Assembly: GCA_019057385.1 (NCBI GenBank)
Contig: JAHQJS010000003.1
Span: 1 to 64,000, forward strand
Length of the DNA stretch: 64,000 bases
DNA from: Candidatus Borrarchaeum weybense
GTDB lineage: Archaea > Asgardarchaeota > Sifarchaeia > Borrarchaeales > Borrarchaeaceae
Direction: 5' to 3'
Shown: one piece after another, positions 9,924-20,431 of the stretch
Layout: every line of letters begins with the position of its first letter
How positions within the stretch are numbered: position 1 is the first letter of the stretch
The notes under the pieces: model-generated
The model's input: only the letters and a program-made list of their open reading frames with translations
What the model was told of the DNA's origin: nothing
The model's database searches: none
Position numbers and translations under genes: made by a program

Positions 9924-10877
9924 TTGCAACAATGTGAATGTGGCAAAAAAGCCGTGTATTTTCAAAAACATTCGGGGCAAAAACTGTGTAAGCGGTGTTT
10001 TCTTGATTCAATAGAAAAAAAGGTTAGAAAAACCATTTCGAAACACAAAATGTTTCAAGAGAACAACCGGATAGCCTTTGCCTTGTCAGGAGGGAAGGAT
10101 AGCGTCACTTTGTTACATATTCTTCATGGGATAGAAGAAAAATTTCATAACACAGAGATGATAGCTGTTACTATAGATGAAGGAATAGTAGATTATAGAG
10201 AGGATGCAACTGCCATTGCTAAAGAAAATACAAATCAATTAGGCATTGAACATGTAATCGGGTCTTTTCACGATGTTTTTGGTGCGTCTTTGGACCAAAT
10301 CATTGAAAAAGCTGATTCCCTAAAAGAAAAAAGACTGGCCGCATGTACTTATTGTGGTGTTTTAAGAAGAAAAGCGATTAATATTGTATCACGTAATCTT
10401 AATGCAGATATCATCGTTACAGCACACAATCTTGATGATATCGCTCAAACAATTCTCATTAACTTAATCCGAGGAGATATTTGGAGATTAGGACGTGATT
10501 TAAAGTCGTCTAAAATGATTGATTCCCGCATGATTCCTAGGGTAAAGCCAGCTCGCGAAATCCCAGAAAAGGAACTAACGCTTTACGCATATTATAGAGG
10601 ACTTAATTATCATGGTGGTTCTTGCCCTTATTCAATAGAAGCATTACGTGGAGATATAAGAAATTTCCTGAATTTAATGGAAGTTAAAAGACCAGGAACT
10701 CTCTTCACACTTCTTAAAACTTCAGAAAAAATCAGTAAGGCACTTCAACTTCAGTCAAGCCAACCAATTATCCTTGGGTCATGTGAATACTGTGCAGAGC
10801 CAACTCAGAGACAAATGTGCAAAGCATGTGAGTTATTAGGTAACATTGATCTTCTTAATGAAAACAAGTCAGTCTAA
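9924..10877 (+). CDS. ncsA: tRNA 2-thiolation protein (Ncs6/CTU1/TtuA family)
   Basis: PP-loop SGGKDS, CTYCGVLRR, AHNLDD, N- and C-terminal Zn-finger cysteines. Confidence 0.88.
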   Translation: MQQCECGKKAVYFQKHSGQKLCKRCFLDSIEKKVRKTISKHKMFQENNRIAFALSGGKDSVTLLHILHGIEEKFHNTEMIAVTIDEGIVDYREDATAIAKENTNQLGIEHVIGSFHDVFGASLDQIIEKADSLKEKRLAACTYCGVLRRKAINIVSRNLNADIIVTAHNLDDIAQTILINLIRGDIWRLGRDLKSSKMIDSRMIPRVKPAREIPEKELTLYAYYRGLNYHGGSCPYSIEALRGDIRNFLNLMEVKRPGTLFTLLKTSEKISKALQLQSSQPIILGSCEYCAEPTQRQMCKACELLGNIDLLNENKSV

Positions 10878-10885
10878 AAACTAAG

Positions 10886-11001
10886 TGGCGCCGGGGGAGG
10901 GATTCGAACCCTCGAGACCATCCATAGTTTCTCGGAAGAAGAAACTTCCATGGGTCACAGACTTAGCAGGCCTGCTCCCTACCAGGCTAGGATACCCCGG
11001 C
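10886..11001 (-). tRNA. tRNA-Ser(GCT), CCA encoded, with a 28-nt intron (10920-10947) in the variable arm
   Basis: Acceptor stem GCCGGGG/CCCCGGC; anticodon arm CAGGC-CT GCT AA-GTCTG; T arm GAGGG-TTCGAAT-CCCTC; 116 nt, 88 nt after splicing. Confidence 0.95.
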
Positions 11002-11007
11002 ATAAAG

Positions 11008-11329
11008 TGCGACAGTGCTCCTAATGGTGGATATTACCTACCATTGCGGCTTATTGAAACCCGATCTCGACCCCGTGATCCCATGAGCACTCAACGTCGA
11101 GGTTTAGGTTGCTCCCTTCCGGGCCTGGCCAGGTTCGCCTCATAAAGAAAGTGACATCCTTCCTCCAAAGAATGTTCCATCTCCGCCAGTCCCATGAGGC
11201 GAGGCTTCACTGTCGTGGATTCAAGACCAACAAAGGCAAGAAAATATTGCCCATTAGGTTACTGCTCCCTGCTAAGGCCCATTGCAGGTTACAGGGCAGG
11301 GCCAGCTCCCCGAGCCTACCACTGTCGCA
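11008..11329 (-). ncRNA. ffs: Archaeal SRP (7S) RNA
   Basis: Helix-8 motif GGCCAGGCCCGGAAGGGAGCAA; Alu-domain CCTGTAACC; 10-bp terminal helix TGCGACAGTG/CACTGTCGCA; about 320 nt. Confidence 0.93.
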
Positions 11330-11447
11330 AGAAATAGTAATATATAATTACGTTTAAAAACATTTGCACTTCTAAGATGCCATGCCTTGCGCAATTTCAA
11401 ATAAATGGAACTGATAATCAGACTTTAGGTCGAACTAGTCTCTTAAG

Positions 11448-11792
11448 ATGAGAAATGGTGGTGATCGAATACAAAATGAGTATTGTTTAATGATTTTTAC
11501 TGCCGCAAATCAAGAGGAAGCAGAAAAAATTGCACAAGAATTAGTTGGAAAGAAAATGGCGGCTTGTGTTAATGTATTTGATGTTGCATCGATTTACTGG
11601 TGGGAAGGTAAAATTGATCGAGATACAGAAGCACTTGGAATGATCAAAACAAGGAAAGATTTAATTGAATCAATAATTGAAGAAATCAAAGTTAACCATT
11701 CTTATGAGTGTCCTGAAGTCATTGCAATTCCCATCATCGCAGGTAGCAAAGAATATCTTGACTGGATAGATGATAGCGTAAAAAAAACCTAG
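11448..11792 (+). CDS. cutA: Divalent-cation tolerance protein CutA
   Basis: AACVN, SIYWWEG, HSYECPEVIA. Confidence 0.93.
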   Translation: MRNGGDRIQNEYCLMIFTAANQEEAEKIAQELVGKKMAACVNVFDVASIYWWEGKIDRDTEALGMIKTRKDLIESIIEEIKVNHSYECPEVIAIPIIAGSKEYLDWIDDSVKKT

Positions 11793-11802
11793 TAGACCTT
11801 AA

Positions 11803-12528
11803 TTATGAGCCTTTCTGAACTCTTCGTCTAACCACAGGATCAGAATCTGTTATTCTTTTGAATATTTCTTCAAATATTTCATCCCTTTGAAGCATGCGCT
11901 TTAGATAGGTTCCAGTACGGCCAATATCATCACGTCTTAATAAGATCTTGACGCGCTCTTCAACAATATTCATGCTAACCCCTATTAGTCTAGCTGCTTC
12001 ACTCTCACGCCCGATTATCGGCCATTCATAATGCCCCTTTGCGCTTGGTTCAATTAAAAGCAGTCTTTTGTCAACACCTGGTACACGTTTTCCTGTTTTT
12101 AACCCATCTAAATCTAGTTTTCCTCCAAACGCATAAAATTCATGCTCCCGCGATCTCAAAGCTGTTAAAGGAAATGTAACAACTGTTAGATTATCTAGAG
12201 TTATATGAGCTTTTGGAGTATGATATGGTGTAGCATGCACAATTTCTCGCTTCTGAAAGGCATTAATACCCAAACCTTCACGAAGAGCTAATTCAACTGA
12301 AAAAGAACTAAGTACATATGGGATGACAACATCAATATCGCTTTCCTGCGATACAGAGCCTCTTGCAACACTTCCGTGAACAAAAGAGCGGATATTGGAG
12401 TGGCTTAAGCATTCGATGATTTGAGTAGCACGTCCCCTCTTCTCTTTGAGAAGTTTCCAAATGTCATCCGTATAAATAATTTCGACCCGATCGCCTCTTA
12501 GAACGGGTTTCTTGCTCATTTTTCTCAC
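11803..12528 (-). CDS. DNA polymerase beta-superfamily nucleotidyltransferase (archaeal)
   Basis: HGSVARG..SDID motif; RVPGVDKRL, RRD.IGRTG. Confidence 0.85.
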   Translation of the reverse strand: MRKMSKKPVLRGDRVEIIYTDDIWKLLKEKRGRATQIIECLSHSNIRSFVHGSVARGSVSQESDIDVVIPYVLSSFSVELALREGLGINAFQKREIVHATPYHTPKAHITLDNLTVVTFPLTALRSREHEFYAFGGKLDLDGLKTGKRVPGVDKRLLLIEPSAKGHYEWPIIGRESEAARLIGVSMNIVEERVKILLRRDDIGRTGTYLKRMLQRDEIFEEIFKRITDSDPVVRRRVQKGS

Positions 12529-12541
12529 ATGAAATAAGTTT

Positions 12542-13648
12542 TCACAGTGGGATATATAAAACCTCTAACATGTCTGCAGTAGGATATTCCTCAACAATAC
12601 CACATTTATACCCCATTTCTTTAAGTGTTGAAGACAATTCCTCTAAAATCCATCCATTAACTTCAAGTCTGTTTTTCTGTAGATTGATTCCAATATACTT
12701 AGGTGGAACGTTAAATTCACGAATTAACCTATTTCGAAGTTTATTGAGTGCTTCTTTTGAGAAGTCACCATCAATAACGCCCTTTAAAAGAAGGCCATCC
12801 TCAGTCACTTTTTCATAAGGTTTAGCAACATTTTTTGCACGCCGTAGCAATCTATTCTTCAATTGATATTGATCCTTGGTGATAATAGGGCAATAATGGG
12901 CCGTTATATTGCTATTTATTAGGATCCAGTCTAGAAGTTCAGTTGCTGTGGATTCACTGCCTTGAACAGCAGCAAATGTTCCTTTTTTGAGAACGAAGCC
13001 TCGATTTTTTAACTCACTAGCTTGTGATTCTGTAAATTCAAATTCATTTAAATTTATAAATGATCCATCAATGTTCTCTAAAAGCCGCACGAAATATTTT
13101 ATTTTGTTAATGTAGTCCTCTGTTGGAATTACTGGTACCTCAATTCCGACATCAAGTTCATATTCTTCAGCCCATTTCATTTGATCAGAAATGTCTTGAC
13201 ATGGCTGAAATCTTAATTCATCTAATCCCGCATCAATTAATTGCGAAAATAACTCTTTTGTTAAGAAAAGACCATTTGTGTAGAGATGAATGTGAAATTT
13301 TCGTCCAAATGATTCTTTCAACAAATGAATATAATGAAGTACACGCTGAGGGAAAAGAAGTGGTTCCCCCCCTGTAATACCTGCTCCCTTTGCATCCATC
13401 AACTGAGCTTCATGGACAATATCTATGTCATCTGTAACCTGAAGTTCATTCGCATAGATTACATCACGATCTCTTCTATTTTCAGATAAAGGGCAATACC
13501 AAAAACAATTCTTAGGCTTATTGCAACGACCAGTCACAAAAAGTACTAATTTTTGTCCTTTGATACAATATTGGCATCCAATAGGAAGTTTTCCAATAAC
13601 TAAAGATTTTCCTGCAGTTTCTTTAATTTTACGTGGCATAGATCTCAC
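12542..13648 (-). CDS. Radical SAM protein (archaeal conserved family)
   Basis: GCQYCIKGQKLVLFVTGRC...CFWYC, ITGGEP, HIHLYTNG. Confidence 0.88.
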   Translation of the reverse strand: MRSMPRKIKETAGKSLVIGKLPIGCQYCIKGQKLVLFVTGRCNKPKNCFWYCPLSENRRDRDVIYANELQVTDDIDIVHEAQLMDAKGAGITGGEPLLFPQRVLHYIHLLKESFGRKFHIHLYTNGLFLTKELFSQLIDAGLDELRFQPCQDISDQMKWAEEYELDVGIEVPVIPTEDYINKIKYFVRLLENIDGSFINLNEFEFTESQASELKNRGFVLKKGTFAAVQGSESTATELLDWILINSNITAHYCPIITKDQYQLKNRLLRRAKNVAKPYEKVTEDGLLLKGVIDGDFSKEALNKLRNRLIREFNVPPKYIGINLQKNRLEVNGWILEELSSTLKEMGYKCGIVEEYPTADMLEVLYIPL

Positions 13649-13719
13649 AAATAATGTGAGTTGATATTTAATAAATGGACTTCAAAAAAAGAAAAGAAAA
13701 AAAGTATGCCATGCTAAGC

Positions 13720-16119
13720 TCAGTCAGTTGAGCGCATTTGGTCGATCAACTCTTTGACAGCAAGTTTATTGTAATTTTGTTCCATATGTTGCAGTATTCC
13801 GTTTCTCCAAGCGCCAAAATCAGGATAGAAACGTGCTTTGAAAGTAAAGGGAGTAGCAAGTTCCTCCCTGATCTCCTTACCTTCGCTGTGCTTCCTTTCA
13901 AGAATCTTCTTGATAGTTGGATACTGCATATCTCTAGGCAACATTTCATAGCGTACAAATTGGTAACCGAAGAATGCCCGTCCTTGAGTGCTACTTCGAA
14001 TGACTTCATCAATACCAGTTACAGATTCTGAAGCTGGAATTTCTCCGTGAATATATGCTGTGCCTCGGGAGGTTTGTGTATCAATGATTTTGCCCCGGTG
14101 TTGCGACAAGATGGAAATTATAGATCCCATGTATTCTTCAGGTACTTTAACATCCATTCGAAGGATAGGTTCATAGAGAGCAGGATCTGCTGAAAGAAAA
14201 CTAACATTCAAAGCTGAAAATGTCATTACAAATATCTGTCCAGCGCGTGTATGAGCAGGATCCTCGTGAACTATGGCGTCTGTGACTACAACTTTTAACC
14301 CAAGAACTGGCTCTTTAGCTAGTCCTCCTTCAAATGTAAAATCACGGAAGGTTGAGATAACATATGCCTTAATTCTATCAAGTCTTTGCACTCCAACGGT
14401 TTTGTTTACTAGGATATTGGGACCTTGAATCGCCCATATATTCCTTGCCTCTTTCGTATCCCAGCCAGCCTCTTCTCTTAATATTTTTGCCCGTTCTTTT
14501 TTATCTTGATATTCATCGATTCTTTCTTCTCTGATTAATTTTATAGTCGTATCATCAAGAGGTTCGACATATAACTCAAGTTTATTATGCCCTTCTGGAC
14601 ACTTGGTCTTAATGTTAACACCTTGTCGACGGATTCTTTCCATATACACAGTTATTGGGATACCGATCTTAATTGGTACTTCTTCTTGTACACGTTTTGT
14701 TAGTATATCGATTTGTAGAGGGTCAATTCCGCTGAGAATATATTCACCACTTTTTTCGTCTTTACGGAACGAAGCTGTTGGATCAGCCATTACCCACTTA
14801 CCAACTACGTCACCTAATTTTGCAAGATCCTTAGGATCCTCAGGTTTGATACTACGGCTAACAACCGCATCAGAAGCATAAATAATCTTTTCAAAGCCGG
14901 GGAGTTCTTTATTATCTAATGAAAAGAACGTCTCACCTGAAGGTACAATATCCGGTAACTCTACAGCAAAGAGATTTCCAGCAGGTATTTCATCAACGGC
15001 TAATAACGAATCAATTTCCATAATACCTAAACGTCTGAGTCTTGCCGTCCTTCGAGCATTTGACAAGTAGATTTCGTCTCCCTGGCGCAGTGTGCCAGAA
15101 AGTACGCGTCCAATTAAAGTTGGGCGTTTGGTTTTTGGATGAATGAAAATTTTTGTTAACAATCCAATAAGAGGTCCATTAGAATCTACATTTATCAACG
15201 AATAAGCTGCCCAAGCTTCAATATCATCTTTGATTTCATCAACTGATGAGACATTCTCTCCTTTTGAGATATCGCCGCGCCATAGATGCTCCATACGATA
15301 TTTTTGCGCCTCTTTTGGGCTTGGTAAATGCTCGATTACGACTTCAAGCATTGCTTCATCTAAGGGGAGGTTGTCTCGTAACCAGAGGATTGGTTCTTCA
15401 GTATTGTTATCGATTGCCTCTTGATATTTTTCGATCACAACTTTTGCAGAAATGCCCTTTCTTTTTAACATTGGTATCGTAAAAGCCCAACCATCTTTTG
15501 CACTCCCAAAGACCACTTTTCCTGCAGTGGCATTTAAAGTCCATTCGTCCTTGAATCTTTCAGGAGCAACTGCGGTAATAGCCCTATTCACTTCCTTGAT
15601 AATGCCATCGAATCTCTCAATAACTTCTTGCGGTGGTAATTTTAACTCTCGAATTAAGCGATCTACTTTGTTAATGAATAGCACGGGTTTGCACCATTCG
15701 TCACCGACCGACAGTCGAATATTCGTTTCTGTTTGTGTCATTACGCCTTCAAGTGCATCAACAAGCAAAACAGCACCATCACTTCCTCGAAGCGCACGGC
15801 TTACTTCCCCAGTAAAACTGATGTGCCCAGGGGTGTCATTAATTTCTAACAAATACGTTTGACCTTCAAAATCATAATTGAGGAGTACGACTGATGTGAA
15901 GATAGTAATGCCTCGCATTTGTTCTTCTTCGTCGTAGTCCGTAAGCCTTCGTTCGCCTGCTAAAGTATCGCTTAATAAACCAGCACGTCTCATAAGGAAA
16001 TCGCAGGCGGTGCTTTTACCGTGATCGATATGAGCAGTAATCGAAAAAATGCGTCTTAAATCAAGCGGATGCGTCTTAACCATATTTTGAATTTCTTCTT
16101 CGCCCTTTACCTTTACCAT
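13720..16119 (-). CDS. Elongation factor 2 paralogue (aEF-2p-like)
   Basis: AHIDHGKS, RGITI, DTPGH, NKVD; EF-2 domains III-V; diphthamide loop HEDPAHTRAGQ instead of HEDPAHRGPAQ; outside the str cluster. Confidence 0.88.
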   Translation of the reverse strand: MVKVKGEEEIQNMVKTHPLDLRRIFSITAHIDHGKSTACDFLMRRAGLLSDTLAGERRLTDYDEEEQMRGITIFTSVVLLNYDFEGQTYLLEINDTPGHISFTGEVSRALRGSDGAVLLVDALEGVMTQTETNIRLSVGDEWCKPVLFINKVDRLIRELKLPPQEVIERFDGIIKEVNRAITAVAPERFKDEWTLNATAGKVVFGSAKDGWAFTIPMLKRKGISAKVVIEKYQEAIDNNTEEPILWLRDNLPLDEAMLEVVIEHLPSPKEAQKYRMEHLWRGDISKGENVSSVDEIKDDIEAWAAYSLINVDSNGPLIGLLTKIFIHPKTKRPTLIGRVLSGTLRQGDEIYLSNARRTARLRRLGIMEIDSLLAVDEIPAGNLFAVELPDIVPSGETFFSLDNKELPGFEKIIYASDAVVSRSIKPEDPKDLAKLGDVVGKWVMADPTASFRKDEKSGEYILSGIDPLQIDILTKRVQEEVPIKIGIPITVYMERIRRQGVNIKTKCPEGHNKLELYVEPLDDTTIKLIREERIDEYQDKKERAKILREEAGWDTKEARNIWAIQGPNILVNKTVGVQRLDRIKAYVISTFRDFTFEGGLAKEPVLGLKVVVTDAIVHEDPAHTRAGQIFVMTFSALNVSFLSADPALYEPILRMDVKVPEEYMGSIISILSQHRGKIIDTQTSRGTAYIHGEIPASESVTGIDEVIRSSTQGRAFFGYQFVRYEMLPRDMQYPTIKKILERKHSEGKEIREELATPFTFKARFYPDFGAWRNGILQHMEQNYNKLAVKELIDQMRSTD

Positions 16120-16404
16120 TTTAGTTCACCTTTTGTCTTATCTCAGATTTATTCAATTTATTTCAAAAGAATTAAAAGGATTTTTCAAATAATCACTAAG
16201 CTTGTTTTCGCAAGAGAACAAGTAGTATAAACGGTAGAATATATTTATTAACACATTCCGAACACCAAGTAGAATTTAAATCCTTTTCTTTGATTACATA
16301 TTCCCGAAAAATAGAATATCTATATAAATTTTATGCGCTTAAATTTTGAGCATTTACAGTAATTTTGAAAAACAAAGGAATTTTCACCTTAAATGAGACA
16401 CTTG

Positions 16405-17907
16405 TTATGTCAAAACTCGTTTGGAGAAGTCTGGTTTTTGCTTATGATATCTTGTGTTTTGTTCGAATGTATAAGCAACTTGAAGAATCTGACCTTCCTT
16501 GAAGGAATTTCCTATAATTTGTAATCCAATAGGCAAACCATTTTCAAACCCACAAGGAATAGATATCGCGGGTACCCCAGCAAGATTAACTGATACAGTA
16601 TAGATGTCCGCTAAATACATTGCTAATGGATCATCAATCTTTTCACCAATTTTGAATGAGAGATACGGCATTGTCGGTCCAATTAATACATCAACATCTT
16701 GAAATGCCTTTTCAAAATCTTGCTTAATTATCGTTCGAACTTTAAGTGCCTTAAGATAATACTGGTCATAATATCCTGCTGAAAGTGCATATGTCCCAAG
16801 CATGATTCGACGTCTTACTTCTGCTCCAAATCCTATTCGCCTATTTTGCGATATTGTTTCATCCATTGCTTTATCTTTTTCTATTCGATATCCATAACGA
16901 ATACCATCATAGCGGGCAAGATTTGAACTCGCTTCACTCATGGCGATGATATAATACGCTGGAAGCGAATATTTCAATGATGGGAGAGATAGTTCCGTGT
17001 ATACGGCCCCTAAATTCTCTAGTTTTTGTATAGCGGCCCATACGGATTTTATAACAGATTCATCTGTGCCTTCTATACCTTCTGAAATAAATTCCTGTGG
17101 TACGCCAATCTTAATGGAGGAAACATCATCCTGTAAATATTTCGTATAGTCCTCTTCAGGAGTATCAATGCTTGTACTGTCCTTTGGATCATACCCAGCA
17201 ATTACAGTCAGCAATAATGCGGCATCGTGAACATCTTTTGTAATCGGCCCTATTTGTTCTAAACTGTTAGCGTATGCGATTAATCCATACCTACTGACTA
17301 GACCATAAGTTGGCTTAAGACCAACGACAGAGCAAAAACTTGCTGGACAACGAATTGATCCTCCAGTATCAGTTCCCAGTGCCATAATTGTCTCATCTGA
17401 TGCAACTGCAGCAGCGCTTCCCCCGCTACTACCACCAGGTACCCTTTCTAGACTCCAAGGATTTAATGTGGATCCAAAATAACTTGATTCTGTGCTACTC
17501 CCCATCGCGAACTCATCCATGTTCATCTTACCAAGAGGAACCATCCCAAATGTCTTTATGAGCTCAACGACTTTGGCATCATAGGGAGGAACATAATTTT
17601 CAAGCATCTTTGAGCCACAGGTAGTGCGAATTCCCTTGGTCGAGATTGTGTCCTTGATGCCAAGAGGAATTCCGAACAGAGGTTTCCCCCATTGATCTTT
17701 CGAGAATGTGTTGTCAAGTTCTTTTGACAGATCTAGCGCGGCGTCCTTTGTAAGTGTTATAAATGCATTTAAATCCTTATCAAATCGTTCAATTTGCTCG
17801 AAACATGCTAAAACGATGGACTCAGCCGATATTTCTTGTGATTCAAGTTTTTCAAGCAATTCATGAGCCGTAAATTCATTTAAATCCACAGTGCAATAAC
17901 ACCCCAA
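16405..17907 (-). CDS. gatA: Asp/Glu-tRNA amidotransferase subunit A
   Basis: [47 protein letters not shown]. Confidence 0.95.
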   Translation of the reverse strand: MGCYCTVDLNEFTAHELLEKLESQEISAESIVLACFEQIERFDKDLNAFITLTKDAALDLSKELDNTFSKDQWGKPLFGIPLGIKDTISTKGIRTTCGSKMLENYVPPYDAKVVELIKTFGMVPLGKMNMDEFAMGSSTESSYFGSTLNPWSLERVPGGSSGGSAAAVASDETIMALGTDTGGSIRCPASFCSVVGLKPTYGLVSRYGLIAYANSLEQIGPITKDVHDAALLLTVIAGYDPKDSTSIDTPEEDYTKYLQDDVSSIKIGVPQEFISEGIEGTDESVIKSVWAAIQKLENLGAVYTELSLPSLKYSLPAYYIIAMSEASSNLARYDGIRYGYRIEKDKAMDETISQNRRIGFGAEVRRRIMLGTYALSAGYYDQYYLKALKVRTIIKQDFEKAFQDVDVLIGPTMPYLSFKIGEKIDDPLAMYLADIYTVSVNLAGVPAISIPCGFENGLPIGLQIIGNSFKEGQILQVAYTFEQNTRYHKQKPDFSKRVLT

Positions 17908-17916
17908 ATTGCCATA

Positions 17917-18786
17917 TCAAATTTTTCTTATACAATCAGCAATTCGATCATACAACTCTGGACGAATATGAGTAAGGAAAGTAAATGAACGCCTTGTTTT
18001 CTCTATTTTCGAGAGATTTAATTTCACTGTTAAGAAATCTTCATCATCATATTTTGTTTTAGCGATTTGTTCTCCATTTGGCGCTGCAATCTCACTGCCA
18101 CCACAAAAGAGAACATTGTTTTCTATACCCACCAGATTGACATAGACAAAAAAAACAGTATTCTCCATAGCTCGCGCTGGTATTACCGTCTCAAACGATG
18201 CCCTACCCCATCTTGAATATGCTTTTCCAATTGCTGGAGCTGCAGATATATTAACAAGGACATCAGCTCCTTCCACAGCAAGAAATCTTGATACTTCTGG
18301 AAGAAAAGCGTCAAAGCAAATTTGCAGACCTATAGTGCCGATTGCTGTTTCAAAAACTTCAGGTACAGGCCCTGGCCTGAAATACCGAAGTTCTTCGAAG
18401 GGTCCATGGGTAGGAAGGAATTGTTTTCGATATTTACCAATATAACCTTTAGGACCTAAGAGAACGGCTGAATTATAGATGATGCCCTTTAGTCCTCCAC
18501 TCATCTCGGGCATTCCAAAAATGACATATAAATTATTCTCGATAGCAATTTCTTCAAGTTTCTTGACAGAATCACCCGGAATGGGCTCTGATAGCTCAAA
18601 TACGTGATCACGCAGACTATAACCAGTCAAAGACATCTCTGGAAATACAATTAAGTCTGATTCTTCACGAGCAGCACGTTCGATCCAACTTTGCATCTTT
18701 TCAAGATTTGCTTTTTTATTCTCCAGGAGCGGGGCCATTTGTGCTAAAGTAACAGAGATTTTTTCCTTCATAAAATCACATTCCAT
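17917..18786 (-). CDS. Carbon-nitrogen hydrolase (nitrilase family)
   Basis: FPE, YRK, ICFD catalytic E-K-C triad. Confidence 0.92.
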   Translation of the reverse strand: MECDFMKEKISVTLAQMAPLLENKKANLEKMQSWIERAAREESDLIVFPEMSLTGYSLRDHVFELSEPIPGDSVKKLEEIAIENNLYVIFGMPEMSGGLKGIIYNSAVLLGPKGYIGKYRKQFLPTHGPFEELRYFRPGPVPEVFETAIGTIGLQICFDAFLPEVSRFLAVEGADVLVNISAAPAIGKAYSRWGRASFETVIPARAMENTVFFVYVNLVGIENNVLFCGGSEIAAPNGEQIAKTKYDDEDFLTVKLNLSKIEKTRRSFTFLTHIRPELYDRIADCIRKI

Positions 18787-18884
18787 TAAGGAGATCTATT
18801 CAAATATAATCTATTGAAATCTATCTTTAAGGTAAGAAAATGTAAGAAAAAGATTGAAAACTCTTTTGAAATTTTTATACGCTT

Positions 18885-19202
18885 TTAGAACTCTTCCTCT
18901 TCTTCTTCTTCAATTTCGAGTTCTATACCTTTCCTTTTTTTGATTATATATTCGTCTTTATTATCTCCTGCAATTATTTTTAGTTCTCCCTTTAGTCGAA
19001 CATTGTGTAAATGTTTTCGAACAAGTTGGCGAAGAGTTCTTTTGCTAAAATCTCTTTCAGGAGTGTCAGTTGACACTACAATGTCCGACCCTTCGATTTT
19101 GATTGAAGTAAATCTAGGAAGTTTTTCTTCAAGGAATGTAACTAGATCCTCAAAAAACTGACCTTTTTTCTTTGATAGGTCTTCTGCAACAATAGTATAC
19201 AT
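18885..19202 (-). CDS. rpl22e: Ribosomal protein eL22 (L22e) homologue
   Basis: FFEDLVTFLEEKL...FSKRTLRQLVRKHLH...LKIIA...EY resembles the eL22 core (FSKRYLKYLTKKYL); acidic tail. Confidence 0.72.
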   Translation of the reverse strand: MYTIVAEDLSKKKGQFFEDLVTFLEEKLPRFTSIKIEGSDIVVSTDTPERDFSKRTLRQLVRKHLHNVRLKGELKIIAGDNKDEYIIKKRKGIELEIEEEEEEEF

Positions 19203-19216
19203 TTCTTTTCCTCCTC

Positions 19217-20233
19217 TTAAGCCCTTCTATCAATAATTTCTTCTACTCCCGGACCTGTTCCGATCAAGGTGACGGGTATCTTCAGTTGGGCTTCAATTTT
19301 ATGGGTAAACTCAATCGCTTCTTTCGGCAATTCTTCAAAAGTTTTTATACCGCGTACATTCGGAAATACAATATCTAACTTTGTAAGTGCACATTGAGTT
19401 GCCCCATTTAAAAAGACTGTCCGTTTTGCTAACTTATAATTAAAAGGACTTGCTCGTCGTGTACGCCCTGTCACTGTACCTTTTTCCTGCCATCCTCGCC
19501 TTATAGTCTCTTCTTCTGATAGTTCGCCTTCTAAAGGTCCTTCACCTACACGTGTTACATAAGCTTTGAAGATGACAAGAACATCGTCTATTTTAGTTGG
19601 ACCAATGCCAACGTCACTACAGATGGCACTTGCACACACATCTTTGCTTGTAACGTAGGGATACGTGCCATGATATAGCGAAAGAAATGTCCCTTGTGTT
19701 CCTTCGAGAACTACATTCTCTTGGGCATCAATAAATTCGTTTACTTCGAGAGCTACATCACATAAATATTCTTTAAGTTCAGGAATATCCTGTGCTATTT
19801 TCCCAACTCTAGACACTCTGTCAACATTACAGGGACCACTTCCTGAACCAGTGGTCCCGATTTTTTTTGAGATAATTGTACCTTTATCTCGTTCACGATG
19901 TATCGGTTCAATGATTCCCGTCTGAAAGTCAATTTTAAGCCTTTCTTTGGTGTTTGTCTCTTCGATTTCTTTGAGAATGACTTCTGGGTCGACTAACATA
20001 CCAGCAGACATGTAAAGTTTCGTCTTCTCGTTTACAAAGCCGCAAGGAATTTGACGAAGTTTGAATTTTTTGCCTTTGTAGACTACGGTATGACCAGCAT
20101 TTGTTCCACAACCTGCCCTAACCATTGCAGCAAGTTCATCCGAAATTGCCAGATATGAGGCGATCTTTCCTTTACCTTCGTCGCCGAAAAATCCTCCAAC
20201 TATAACTGTACATGCCACGTTTTTAGTCTCCAT
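19217..20233 (-). CDS. purA: Adenylosuccinate synthetase (short archaeal type)
   Basis: GDEGKGK, NAGHT, EGTQG, GTYPYVTS, GTVTGR. Confidence 0.95.
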   Translation of the reverse strand: METKNVACTVIVGGFFGDEGKGKIASYLAISDELAAMVRAGCGTNAGHTVVYKGKKFKLRQIPCGFVNEKTKLYMSAGMLVDPEVILKEIEETNTKERLKIDFQTGIIEPIHRERDKGTIISKKIGTTGSGSGPCNVDRVSRVGKIAQDIPELKEYLCDVALEVNEFIDAQENVVLEGTQGTFLSLYHGTYPYVTSKDVCASAICSDVGIGPTKIDDVLVIFKAYVTRVGEGPLEGELSEEETIRRGWQEKGTVTGRTRRASPFNYKLAKRTVFLNGATQCALTKLDIVFPNVRGIKTFEELPKEAIEFTHKIEAQLKIPVTLIGTGPGVEEIIDRRA

Positions 20234-20431
20234 GTTTAGGTCTTTTTTCGTCAGTAGAAATGAATAATCATTCGTTGTTAGTAGCCGGAGAGATTAAGAT
20301 GATACTACATTTAAACCTTTGTGTGCGACCTTTTTCGTCCCCCGCAAGTCGATTCAGTTTAAAATCAATTACCTTATTATAAAATTTTAAGAGATTCTTT
20401 ATTACAAATAGTCAGTTATGTTGGAGGTATT

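Noticed and set aside
10885-11357. 86-aa and 82-aa plus-strand ORFs
   Set aside because: They are antisense to tRNA-Ser and the SRP RNA.
20234-20431. Box C/D sRNA upstream of purA
   Set aside because: Only partial box-like words are present, with no complete C/D'/C'/D arrangement.
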